NCBI GenBank assembly: GCA_964188305.1
Contig: OZ076899.1
Length of the DNA stretch: 64,000 nt
DNA from: Podarcis bocagei
Lineage: Eukaryota
Reading direction: 5' to 3' (one strand)
Translations under genes and position numbers: made by a program
Part shown: positions 11,912 through 24,139 of the stretch, piece after piece
Layout of the letters: the number at the start of each line of letters is the position of its first letter
Numbering within the stretch: position 1 is the stretch's first letter
Notes under the pieces: generated by a model
Told to the model about the DNA's origin: nothing
Seen by the model: only the letters and a program-made list of their open reading frames with translations
The model's database searches: none

Positions 11912-14900
11912 CTGAGGAAGCACAAGAGACAGGCTGGGAAGGGGTTTCCCTGGTGCTCTGGCCAATCACAGCAGGGACAGGAAACAAGACAGCTACCTCT
12001 GGCTAACAGCATCCCTTGCAGAGGCAGAAGGAGGTTTGCTGCAGGGTTGGGTCAAAGGAGCAGGCTGGAGCTAATTTTTCCAGCAGCTAGAGCAGATCTG
12101 GTGGGGGTGAGTGGGCCTCCCTCTTTGGACTTGGCTCAGAATTATTCTAGGCCAAGGAGAGGTGGCTGGGTGGGCCAATGGAGACAATGCCTTCCTGGCC
12201 AGATCAGACCAAGCAGTAGCTGAGCACTGGCTTGCCTGGTGGCTTGCCAGGACTGACTTAGGCAGTTTCCCTTCAAGTGAACAGTTCTTGTTGCACTGAG
12301 AAGTCATACTTTGCAGAGAAAGTAAGCTCTCCATGAGCCATGCTCTGCTGTAGCCCTTAGGCATGCTTGCAAACTCTCGCCCTCTCCTCCCCCCACTGGC
12401 TCCACAGAGAAGCCAACCCAGCCCATACCTGCAGGTTCTCCCCCCACTGGGCCTTCCCTTCCAGGAGGGCGTCCAACACTGCGCGACTGGGCTCCCCGCT
12501 GCCTGGGTCGTTGCCGCTCATGACGTAGTAGGAGGCCCGGACCCTCTTGAAGAATTCCTGGTCCGTGTTCTTCCCACTGCAGTGATTGGGGATGTAAGCC
12601 AGGTCCACATAGATGGGGGGCCCAGGGGGCACAGAGGAGCTGCTTTTGGGGTTGCTGGAGACTTAGGGAGAGAGAAGAGGGAGAGGACATTAAACCAGCT
12701 GGTGGCAACTGAGCAGGGTAGTTGCCAGCCCATCAGCTCCTGGTGAAAATGCCCCAACTAGGGATCTCTCACATAACATCGTTCTTTTTTTAAAAAAATA
12801 GTATGCAATCACAGCCCACTTTGCCCAGTTCTGCAAAGAGGTGTTCTACTGGGAGCCCAAGGACCACCTTCCACTTCCAGCATAGCACCGCCTGCTGGTG
12901 GAGGAAAGGATCAGCTTCCAACTCTTTGGAGCAAGTGAAGGGGCCTCCCTCCCCCTCCACACAAACAAGCCTGGCCCTGCCTTCTAGGGTTCTCTGAGAT
13001 TCCATCCTTCATCCAATGTGTTTATAGAAAGGCAGACTATTATAGGGCCCAAGACAGAGCTCCACAGTCTGAATTACTGCCTAAGAAGAATCCTGTAGCT
13101 GCAGTAGGGTCAGGCCAGAGGAAGTTCATCACAGTCCAGCACTCTACTCTCCCCTTGGCCAACCAAAAGCCCCAAAGGGAAGAAGCCTCCAAGCAGAACG
13201 TGAGCGCAACAGCAGGACTCTCCCTGCTTGCAGTCTGCAGCAACTGGGTCTCAAGAACCTATCACCTCTGACAGTGGAGGGCTCACCTGGCTGGTGATCC
13301 CTTTGCATCTCTGCCTGAGATCCCCCCAGAGAGATTCCCCCTCATAATAATGTATTTGGTAATAGCCACACCAGAGTGCAGCGTTTCAGAACTGGAGACA
13401 GTGTATTTTCCATCAGGAAAAGGTAGGCCTGATTTGTCATTCATGCCCAAGATTAAATCCACAGGAAGTGCTTCTGGCAATCTTTGTGCCTAAACCAGGG
13501 AGCAGAAGCAGCACATCCTGGTTCTGGGAAAGTCTCCCCGACTTTGGGCAGAAGACAAATGGCTTGACAACCAGAGCTGAAAGCACAGACGCCCCCACAA
13601 TTCCCACCAAGAGGGCCAGGCCTCTGCTCAGTCTTACCTGGGCTGGTTTTGACGCCGTTGACAAGGTTCTTGCCAGGGTTGGGGGGACCCGTCTCTTCTC
13701 CATGGGCCTTCAGGGGCTTCTCTCTCTTGGCCAGTGCTGGCTTTGGAGGCCGGTCTGGTGGCTGTTGCTTCAAGGGGGTCGGGGACCATTTCTCAGGCTT
13801 CCGGGCAGGGGAAGAGGACTTGGGCTTGCCCAGCGGCTTCCTCACCCCTTTGTTTTTCTCCTTCAGATCCTTCTTGGATATTTTGTCAGGCCTGCTCATG
13901 TTCTGATCGTTGAGCAGCACCTCAGGGTCCATCATGCAGACATCTGGGTGTGGAGGGTGAGGATGGGGGTCCACCAGGGTGATGGGTGGGGGATCATGAC
14001 CAGCTCTTGTGCTGCTGCTGCTGCTGCTGCTGCTGTGATGGGAGCTGCCCACAGCTTTGTCGACTGGGAGGAAATCGGCGTCTTCGTCGGAGTCCATGGC
14101 CGCATCAGCTGTGATGGAGGGGCACTCCTCTGTTTCTGGAGGGACATCCGAGTCAGACTGGGAGGTGCCAGAGTCACTTGCGGAGGTGGGGGGAGTTTCT
14201 TCTGTTGTGGCAGGGGGTTGCCTATGGCCACCAGGGATGGAGTGTGGCCTTCCTTTCACAGAAGGGTGACCTTCAGCCTGGGAACATTCACTCTCCTCTG
14301 ATGAATCTTGAGGACTGGGATTGATGAACGATGGGGACAGCTCTCCCTTCCTTTGCTTATACTCACACGAGAACCTCTGCCCGTACTCTGAGGTAGCTCC
14401 CAGAGATGGCTCCAACTCATGGGAGGCGTCACCATGATCCTCTGCTTGGCTGCCATGCTGGGCATCTGGAAAGAAAGGCGGGAAAGCTGGCTCACAGCTC
14501 AACAAGGAAGAGGGACGGCTTTGTCTCTCACAGTCCTCCTTCTCGTCATCCTCCTTCTCCTCCTCATCTTCCTCCTCGTCGTCCTCACTCCTTGTTGCCC
14601 CTGTGAGATGTGGCCCACCATGGAAAGCAAGGGGGCTGAGGCTCACCTCTGTGGGCCCGTTGGCAGTGGCAGCTGCCTCCTGCTGGCAATGGGGGGAAAC
14701 AGCCAGGATGTCAGGGAGGGGAGTGGCTGCTGGCCACTCTCCAGGGCTTGGGGGCTGCTGTGTGCAGCTAACTGTGCAGCTGGACTCAGACTGCTGATTG
14801 GGCAGAGAGGGCAGGCCCAAGCTGGCAGAGGCATCTCCTCCCATTTCACCTGAAAACATCTTTGCAGAACCTGCTGGAAGCTGTGGAGACGTGGGTTGCT

Positions 14901-17900
14901 GTGCTCCCTGGGCATCTGGCCCAGCAGCTGTTCCTCGATAGGGGGGGAACAAGGGGCTCTCACTGACTGCTGGATGTGTTGAGATGGAGCCCCTCAAGAA
15001 GGTTTCCTCAGGAGAGCTAGATGACTCCCTGTGCAGCTGCTGCTCTTGGGGTGCCCCAGAGAGAAGCTTCCCTCCTCCTGCTGGGAATGATGAATCCTCA
15101 CTAGAAACCTTTTTGGATACCTCCAAGTATTCATCTCTCTTGCCCTTTTCAAAGGGGTCAGAATCAGGGATGCCAAAAGCGAGGGATTTGTCCCTTAAGT
15201 GGGACGAGAAATGTGCTTCGTGCCGGAACAGGATGGATGGCTGGTGCATGCCCAGGGAAGAGAGTTCAAAGCCCGAGGAAGAGCAATCCAGCCCTTTCGT
15301 CAGCAGCGCTGGGCCCTTTGGAGGGTCCTTCTCTTTAGCAGCAGAACCAAAGCAGAAGCCTTTGGAGTCAGTGTCACCAAAGCCTTTCCCTATAGAGACC
15401 TCTTCCTCTTCTTCTTCTTCCTCCTCCTCCTCTTCTTCTTCTTCCTCCTCCTTTTTGGAGCACGGCTTGCTTGAGGCCCACTCCTGCCTTTCTGGACCTG
15501 CAAGGCTGCCATAGGCAGCAACATCCTCAGCCTTCAAGGCTCTTCTCTCTGTCTGACTCTCCTCTCCCAACAACGCACCATAGGATGCTCCTTGCCATGT
15601 CGCTGACAGACAGTCCTCCTTCTCCAATCCCGAAATGTCTGCATAGGGTTCCTCTTCCCTCTCGCTGGCTGGCTTCAGAGCTGAAGGGGGCTCCCCTGGG
15701 TGCTTGGATTCCTTTTCAGACTTCTCCTTGGCCCCCTTCTCCAGCTCTGAGTCGCTGGCGCTCTCTTCTCCCCTTCTGGCTTGCTCATAGTACATATCCT
15801 TGGGCAGGGAGTGCTTGGGAGAAGGAGACCTTTGCTCCTGGCTGATGTTTGCATCTGGAGGGTGGGCACCTTCAATGTAAAGAGCTGTCTCCTCCTGCTT
15901 CAGCACGCCTGCCACATCAGTGTGGGAGGTAAAGCCCTTGTCCCCCAGAGAGGCTGCAGGCAGGGAGCTCACCAGACTTCCTGGCAGAAGAGGTGAAGAG
16001 TCTGCAAGGCTCTCATCAGGCTGCGGGTTGTCCTGGGCTGCCAAGCTCTGTGGTACACTGGGCTTCTCTGCTCTCTGAAGAGGATGGCCCTGGGCATGGA
16101 CCTCTGCATACTCAAAGGAGGGCTCTGCTTTGTCCTTTGGGGAAACTGGAGACGAGAGCTCTTTCTCAGTAGGAGTGTAGAGGCAAGACTCTTCTTCCTT
16201 GGAGGAGATGGGGTAAAGGGATGTCCCTATCTTGAGACCCACATCTTTTCCAAAGTGGCCAATGCTAGACATGACAACATTCTCATAGATATCTGCATAA
16301 TGGAAAGTCTTCTCATGAGGGTAAGGAGTTGCTTCTCTCTCTTCCCCTTTCCCAAGAGTGTCAACTTTGGGTTCACAGAGCCCAGACTGACTGGGAGAGT
16401 CTGTGGTGCTGAGCCAGGAGTGACGCTCTGCTTGGTCAATGGAGACTGTGTCCTGCAAAGAGGTTGTGAGGTCTCCACTTCCTCCAAAGTGGGTGGACTC
16501 ATTCTTCCCTGGCTCCACAACTGCAGGGGCCCTGTCTTCCTGGGATCCTACTGGACTCAGCAGAGCTGCCTTCACAACCTGCTCCTTTTGGCTTTCCTCT
16601 GAGCAAGTGTGAGATTCCACCTCAGCCTCCTGCTCTCTGTCCTGCATCTCTTTGGGATCCCACTTGCTTTTGTAGACATCATCACCCTCTGATCTCCTCT
16701 CTGTGGTTCCTGATTGGAGTGTGGGCACACTTTGGTCTACTGCAGGGGACTTTCGCTGCTCTGGTCCAGATGCTTCTCTCTCCTCTTCCAAAGCAGGAGG
16801 CTCCACCACAGAGCTGGACCATGGCTCTGTGGCCACTTCCTCCTCAGCTTGCCCAAGCGGGGACTCCTCCCTCCACCCTGTTGTAGGTGGAATCTTGACA
16901 GGGTGTGGAGGGGACAGTATGGCCCATTCCAGGCCGGATGTTGACACACTTTCTAACCCAGAAGATGGGGGGCTTTTGGAGCCAGGCATCTTGGATTCCT
17001 TTGTGTCCATGGCACTGTGTTCAGCAGCTGCTTGTGGAAATGCCTGTGTTTGGTCAGATGTTGTTTCTGGCATCTGCTGGGCCACAACCTTGTCACTCAC
17101 ATGGGAAAAGCGATTCTCAGGAGGTGTCTCTTGCTTCAAAGTTGCAACGTTTTCATGGAAGTGCCTGTATCCTGAGTCCCAAATGTCTTTCATGGCCAGT
17201 CCAGAAATGTCATCTTCAGACTCTGCCGCAGAGTGAGAAATCACTCCCTCTTCAGTCATGGGAGGAGGAGGAGCCTTTGTTTCATGTTTTTCTACTTCCT
17301 CGTCCAAGAAGGTACATTCCCCTCTTTCTTTCCCATACTTTGGCTTTTGCTCTTTGCGTGGCACTTCCTTCATCTCCTCTGTAAACCACACTTTCTTCTC
17401 AGAGTTTGTGTCTTTCAGATAAATATCTTCCATTTCAGGAGATTCCTCTTCTTCTTCCTCCTCCTCCTCTTCAGTATCCTGCTCCTCTTCCAGCAACCGA
17501 CAAGGCTCCATCTCCTCAGAGGAGACTTGTGAGGGCTCCTTCTCTAGAACTGGGCTTGGTTCTGTGAAGCTTGAAGACTTTGAACCTGGGCTTTCTTTGG
17601 GGGAAGGTCTTGGAGATGGTTCTTTGATGGGCTCTTTTTCAGCTAAGGATACGGCTCTGGCATCTTCCATAATAGTGTCTGCAGAAGACATCGTGAGGGT
17701 GGCATGACTGTCTTGGAATGGATCCTTCCCATGGAATGAAAGGGAACTAAGTGAATTGTCTTTGGCCAAAGCTTCAGATGTTTTGCTTCCAAAAGGGCTC
17801 TGATCTGTGTAAGCCTGGTTGCTCATTTCAGGAGAGAATTGTTCTGTGAACACGTCTGATGAGGACTTCTGAGCAGGGACCTCTTTTGTAGACGGAGACT

Positions 17901-20900
17901 GAGCATCAGGTTGAGAACTCTCTCCTGTGAACATGTGCAAAGAGGTTTCTTCACTAAGGCTCACAGAAATGTCGCTGCCTTCTGGGGAAGTGTATTTGAT
18001 AGCAACTGTGGGGGGTCCCTCTTGGCCTAAGCTGCGCTCTGTGAAATGTAGGGCATTCCCATCTTCTGGCAATTTTTCCATGGCAAAATCATCTGAATAT
18101 TTTGCTTTCCCAGGAGTGTCTTCAATAAATGGGAACACCTTTGCTTCCTCTGGTGAAAGCGATGTTGTGGGCGCTTGTGAAGAACTCTCACCAAAAGCTC
18201 TATCGGAAAGTTCCTCCCACCCTTCTGGAGGAGGAATTTCAGCCGCAGAGAAGAGCACCTCATGGGCAGGGCACTTCATGCTTTCCTGGGAGGCTTCCTC
18301 GGTAGTGTCTGCTCCCTTCAATGGAGAGCCCTCTTTGGGCTCTAGAAGTGTGTCTTTGGTGAGAGGATAAAGGTCAGAAATGTCCAGGGTCTCTTGCTTG
18401 TGGTAGAAACTGATGGCCAGCTCCTCTTTCTCAGGAAGCAGTCTCCGATCCTCACTCTGGACAGGTGCAGATTCTGATGCAGTTACACTTTCTGGGACAG
18501 GCTTGTCCTGAAGGAGAGTTGATGCCTTTTCCCCCCCAGAAAAGAGCCCCTCAGTAGCAGCGATCTCTCCTTCAAAAGCCCTGGAGATCTCAGTAGCTTT
18601 GCTGGGACTTCTTTCTTCATCCCATTTCACAGGGGCCTCAGAAGACTTGTCAAACAGCTCAGCCTCCACAGTGTCTGATTTCTCCTCTACAGGGGACTGG
18701 TGGAAAGGTGTGTGCCCAGCGCTGGTGGGGCCCGACTGGGTGGGAGATGCCATCTTGACTGTGCTGTCATCAGGGCTCATGCACCGCTCTTCAGCCTCAC
18801 CAGAGCCTGCAACTACCTGCAGCAACTGGGCTTCTCCGTCGAGTATCAGCATGGCCTCTTGGGATCCTTCCACTGGCACTCCTGTTAAATCATCTCCCAG
18901 GGGCCCTTGCTGAGAAAACAAAGGTGCATCATAATGACCCTGCGCTCTCCAAGGCTTCTCAATATTTGGTGTCTCATCTTCTTCTTCCTCCTCCTCTTCC
19001 TCCTCCTCCTGTTCTGGTTCCTGTTGCTGCTGCAGGCCCTTTTTGCAGGCCTCAAGCCTTCTCTCACCTTCTGCTTGTATACGGAAGTCTTCTGGAGGTG
19101 GAGACTTGAAGCCTTTGTCCTCCTCTAGTGAAGATGTGGGAGAAATGGTGCCAGCGGAGGGAACATAGTCCAGACCTTGGGTAGCCTCTGTTCTAGAGGA
19201 AGGGATGCTGTTCACTGTATCCAGCAGCAAGGAGCTTTTGCCAGTATCCTCTGTCTGCGGTGCTGTTATCGAGGCAACAGACTGGTCCTCTGCAACAGAG
19301 GTGGCGAAAGAGGAGAGCTTGTCACATTCTGTGATGGATGTTGCTGAAGAAACATGCTCCTCTTCCGCCAAGGGGGCAGCCACAATGTTGGTGGGGTAGG
19401 CAAGGACTGCAGGGTCTTGGCCAGCAGCTGCCATGGCCTGGATCCCGTGGATAGCTTCAAAGGAGCCGGTCTGGTCTGGCACCGCAATGTCAGAGGAGCT
19501 AATATCTGTCTTGAGCTGGGGCAGCCTCTCCTCCTGCTCATCATGGATCTCTTCATCGGAGATGGTCTGCTCTGTCTCTGAGTAGCCAGGGATGGTCTCA
19601 TCCTGGATGTAGGAGATGTGTTCTCCAAGTGGGGCTGGAGCACCACCCAGGCAAGATTCCTCCTCCTCCCCCTTGCCCATTCTTTGCTTCCCAGGCAGTC
19701 TGCTTTCCTCCTTGGCCTCTTTTTCCTTCCCTCTGGAGGGAAAGAGGGGACCTTCTGGCTGCTGGAAGAGAGAAAGCTCACTCTTCTCTGCCTCTTCCCT
19801 TTTGGCCTCTGCAAGGGGCTGTTCGGTCCCTTCCAGCTCTGCCTGTTCCAATCCCTTATCTCTCCTGTCCATTTGCCTCTCTGCCTGTGTCTCCATCCAC
19901 TTCATTTCCAAAGGAGAATATTTGTCTTCCAAGTAGTCACCAGAAGCCTGCATTATATCTCTCTCTCCTGCTTCTTTTCCGGAGACTTCTTCTGTTCTCT
20001 CAAGGGGCTCCCCCAAGGCGGCTGCTCTCTCATCAGGTCTTTTGGGCATTTCACCTCCTCCCTCCTTGCCCGTTTCCTCCTCTGTTGCACCTTGGGACCA
20101 GGAGTCTGGGCCACTGACCCCTTCTGGGATCAGGTCTGTCTCCTGAGCAGCCACATCACCAGGCCCCTGCTTTCCTGCCTCTCCTTCTGCAGGACCAGGT
20201 GCCTCTGGAAGCCTGGCCTGCTTTTCAGCCTTCAGCTCCTCAAAGTCCTTGGTGAGGTCTTCTGGGGAAGACAAGACCAGCCTGTGCTCAGCCACGCCTG
20301 CTGGTTCTGGGGGCTGGCTTGGTGGCTTCCTGGGCACAGGCAAGGCCTTCTTTGGCTCTCCATGGGCAGCGTCCTTCTCAGCTTTGCTGCGAGCTTTCTC
20401 TGCTTTGATCCGGCCAGGAGCTTTTGCCTTGTACAAAGTCTTCCTCACTTCAGGGGTGAATGACTTCAAGTCTGGCTTTGAAATCTTTTTCAGCTCTGGC
20501 TTGGCTTCCTTCTTTTTCTCTTCTTTCTTTGACTCCTTCCTTTCCTCTTTCTTCCCATCGTCTTTCTTAATCTCCTTCCTCTCTTTCTTGATCTCTTTCT
20601 TCTCCTTGTCCCTTTTCTCCTCCAGCTTAGACACTTTCTCCTTGAGGTGCTTCTTGCCCATTTTGTCTTTGTTGTGTTTCCTTTTCTCTGCTTTGAGGGC
20701 ATCGCTGGAGTCCATTCTTACTTTCTCTGCCTTGGGGGGCTTTTCCAGTGGCTCCTTAGCCTTCTTCTCTGTTTTGGTCTCTTTGAGGACCTCGGACTTC
20801 ACCTCCTTTGCTCCCTCCTCACCACCTGTCTTGGCAGCTGCTGGCTTAGAAGACTTGAGGCTCTCCTTGCTGTCTGTCCTCTGCTTGATCTTGGTCTGCT

Positions 20901-23894
20901 TGAGTGCCAGGGTGGGAAGGCCAGAGGCAATTTCTTTCTGCGTAGCAACAGGATACTTCAGGAAATCCAAGTGCCTGAGTTTCTCAAGCCCTTCCAAAAT
21001 CTTGTTTTGTGGTGCATTCCCAGGGAACAAAACTCGCACTATTTTTTCCGTAGGACTTGCTGGGAGCCACACAACCAAGGCGGTGATGGAGGTCAGGTAA
21101 GGTACAGAGATCTCCCCTTCCTTCCCATTGGGCAGAATGATGCCCGTTTTGGCCTTGCTGTTCCCAGCCCACTTCTGCATGAGGAACTGCATCTCCTTGC
21201 TCTCCTTGACTGGGTTCAAGACATACATGTCCAATTTCCCAACACCCATTTTGTGGAACAAGGTGATGGGCTCAATTGTGTTGCTGACCACCCTGTAAAG
21301 GGGCTCTGGCTTCATGCCCAGCCTGTTGAGGTACTGCAGGGTCAGGCTAGCCTCCTCAATGCTTCTCTTGGCCTTCATGGAAGACTCGGGCATTTTGAGC
21401 TTCTCAGGGACGTTGAAGAATACCACCCCAAGCTCAGGGGAGATAAGATTCTTCATCCAGTCACTGTAGTTGGTGGAGCCCTGAGACTGCTCCTCGTCCT
21501 GCTCAGCGATCTTCCTCTGCAAGAGACCATTGATGCCAGGGAGGTTATCGGCCCCAATGTGGGTCAGGAGAACAGAGTCAATTCTGTCCAGGTGCCGCAC
21601 CAGCTTCCAGAAACAGGACTTCCTCTCTGAACCGCCATCCACCAGGATGTTGAACCCATTGACGGCAAAGAGCGCTGAATCCCCCCTCCCTCCAGGGAAG
21701 ATGTAGCAGCAGGGCTTGGACAGCTTGAGGAAGCCTCCTGAGGTTGGGGGTTCCAAGAGGTCAAAGGGAGATGGGACATCCACTGTCTCAGAGACATACT
21801 CGGCAAACTCAGAGACCCCATCCATCTCTGGCAGAATTGGGTCAGGGTTCAGTCTCAGACTGAGAAGGTCTTGGAATCGGGGGTGTCCTAGGTTGCTCCA
21901 ATCTCCCTCTCCTAAGCACGACACAGTCAGGGAGGCCTTGGAAGCTGGATCTGTGTTGCTGAGAAGCTGGGCAACCTACAAGAGTCAGAAGCAGGCAATA
22001 GTCAGAAGCACCCCAAAAGGTCCTTGACAAAAAAACCCAAAATGTCTTTTTTAGTCAAATCCATGCAAGCTCAACTTTTAACTAGAAGTGGAAACCTACC
22101 AGTCAACCTATGTAACAAACTATTGTTCTTGGGTGGCCAGAGGTGTCCACCAGATGTATCAATAATAGTATCCTGGAAATATGTTACTCTGTGTATGTGT
22201 GTGTGTTGGAGATGTGTGTGTGTTGGAGACTAATAATCTGAAAGGGGCCTCTGCAGGAAATTGAGTGTTTCCCAAGCCTACAATAGGCCAGGAGTTGGGA
22301 TGCATGGTGAAGAAAGTTCTGGTAACACATCCTGAATGCCTGGGAAGATTTGTAACGTGTACAACAGTAGTAGCAGCAATCCTCATTTAAGGTGGTCCCA
22401 AACTCAGTACCCCAAGTCAACAGCCTGAGGATGGCCTCCAAAGCCACCTATCTCAGCCAGATTCCTACACATACAAATCCCAGATTCCCCACCCACCCAA
22501 TTTACCTCTGGATCTGCAAGGATCTCAGCAAATTTCTGGTAGGTGAAGGTCCCAGCCTGCAGGATCAAATCTCCTTCTTGGTCTGTGCTCTGTCCAGAGA
22601 GCACCAGCAGCTTGTAGGCAGAAGGGTCACATATCAAGGAACGAACCTGTTTGCAGCAGGAGAGACAGTTTCAGCTCCTGAGTTTTGGACTTGCAGAAAT
22701 GCTGCCCTCACTCGGATAATGCAAACGGCCATGTCTGATGAATGAGCTTGGAAAGGCAGTCCTCTTTGCATGTTGCCTAAACATGCTTGAGTCTGGGCTC
22801 TAGACACAGCCCCATAATATCCCAGCCCTGCCCCAGGCAAGGTCACAGGAGGGGTGGCAGGGAACCTAAATACTCCCCACACCTGGTCAGGATAATCTGT
22901 GCAGTCAAATTTAGCTGCAGGCAGAGAGGAAAAGCAGAAAGGCAGCCAGGTCCCTAGAAGTGGGGGGGGGGGAACTGGGTGCAGTCCTGAGCACAGGGCT
23001 TTGCAGGAGGGTCTTTGTTTTAAGGCCTTTATCTACTCCCCTTCATAAATATTTATCCTGACGGGGCAGGAGGATGGTTTCACAAGGGATTTGCAGCTGG
23101 TTTGCCCCCAAAGTCAAGAAGCGGGCAACTTTTGCACCATGCCACTGTAGCAACTCTTAGAGGTGTAATTCCATTGGTTACATTGACCCCAGGTAGGCAG
23201 GAACCCCAGAGCTTTACCTCTGACACAGTGCTTTGTTCATCAGGGTTTACTAGGATGACTGTGTCCAGGTCCTCGCTCTGGTGGTGGAGGGTCCTCTGAC
23301 CTAGGGAGACAGTAGAAAAGGCTATGTTCAAAACAAGTGCTCGTAGTCAGTGCCCAAGGGCAAAACAACTGCCTTCAGAACCAGGCCATTGTGGCTATCC
23401 AGGAGAAGCTGGAAGGGCTGGCAGTTTCCAAGCTGGCTTCAGCTTTCCCTGCCCTCTTCCTGGGGGAAGTGACCTCCAGTACAGTAGCCCAGACCAGCTA
23501 CTTTTGAACTCCCACCCCAGGGAAGCTGCAGGAAGATTCCTTGGTGAGTGGCTTCAAACAACAAATGAAAACCAAACTAGACCAATACATTTTGGCACAG
23601 GCAGTATAGCTCTGCACAGTTTATGCTAACCATTTGGGGGGCTGACTTCAGCTTTCAGTGGGACGGAAAGTGATTTGCTTTAGGGCTGAAAGGCTGCTCT
23701 GGAGTCCTGCAAATTTGAGATGTGTGCTGATGAGGAAGCTTCTTCCAGCACTGCTGGATATGCAGATGTGTTTGGATGTTCAATGAGCAAGACATAAACA
23801 TGCCCATAGCATGGATCTTGCAAATGCTCTAGCTTCAGGCAGCCCCTCCCCGCTTCTCAGAATTGTGCAGGCAGTTGTGAGTTTGGGAAATGAG

Positions 23895-23930
<36 letters not shown>

Positions 23931-24098
23931 CGAGGGTTCCTCATGAGCCTGCAGTGATCCTTGCAAAAGAGATGAGCTGCCCAACCCGATACTTTCACTG
24001 GGAGCCTGGACTCCTGCTGCTGAGTTGTAAAACACTCCATGGGTTGAGCTCTGTGGCCAATTTAAAATGCATCCATTAAAAAAAAAAAGACAGACACA

Positions 24099-24139
<41 letters not shown>

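Noticed and set aside
13453-21924. 2823-aa ORF as a single-exon gene
   Set aside because: It starts at a non-ATG codon and reads through the donor at 13638; it is exon 5 of spliced MAP1A.
13468-22027. Many long + strand ORFs (e.g. 20647..21630, 327 aa; 20249..21100; 19618..20463; 13468..14301)
   Set aside because: Antisense shadows of the Glu/Lys-rich MAP1A exon; low-complexity Leu/Phe/Ser translations with no domain signal.
23780-24040. MECFTTQQQESRLPVK as an alternative coding first exon of MAP1A
   Set aside because: The donor AA|gtatcg is weak and phase 0, while exon 3 needs phase 1.
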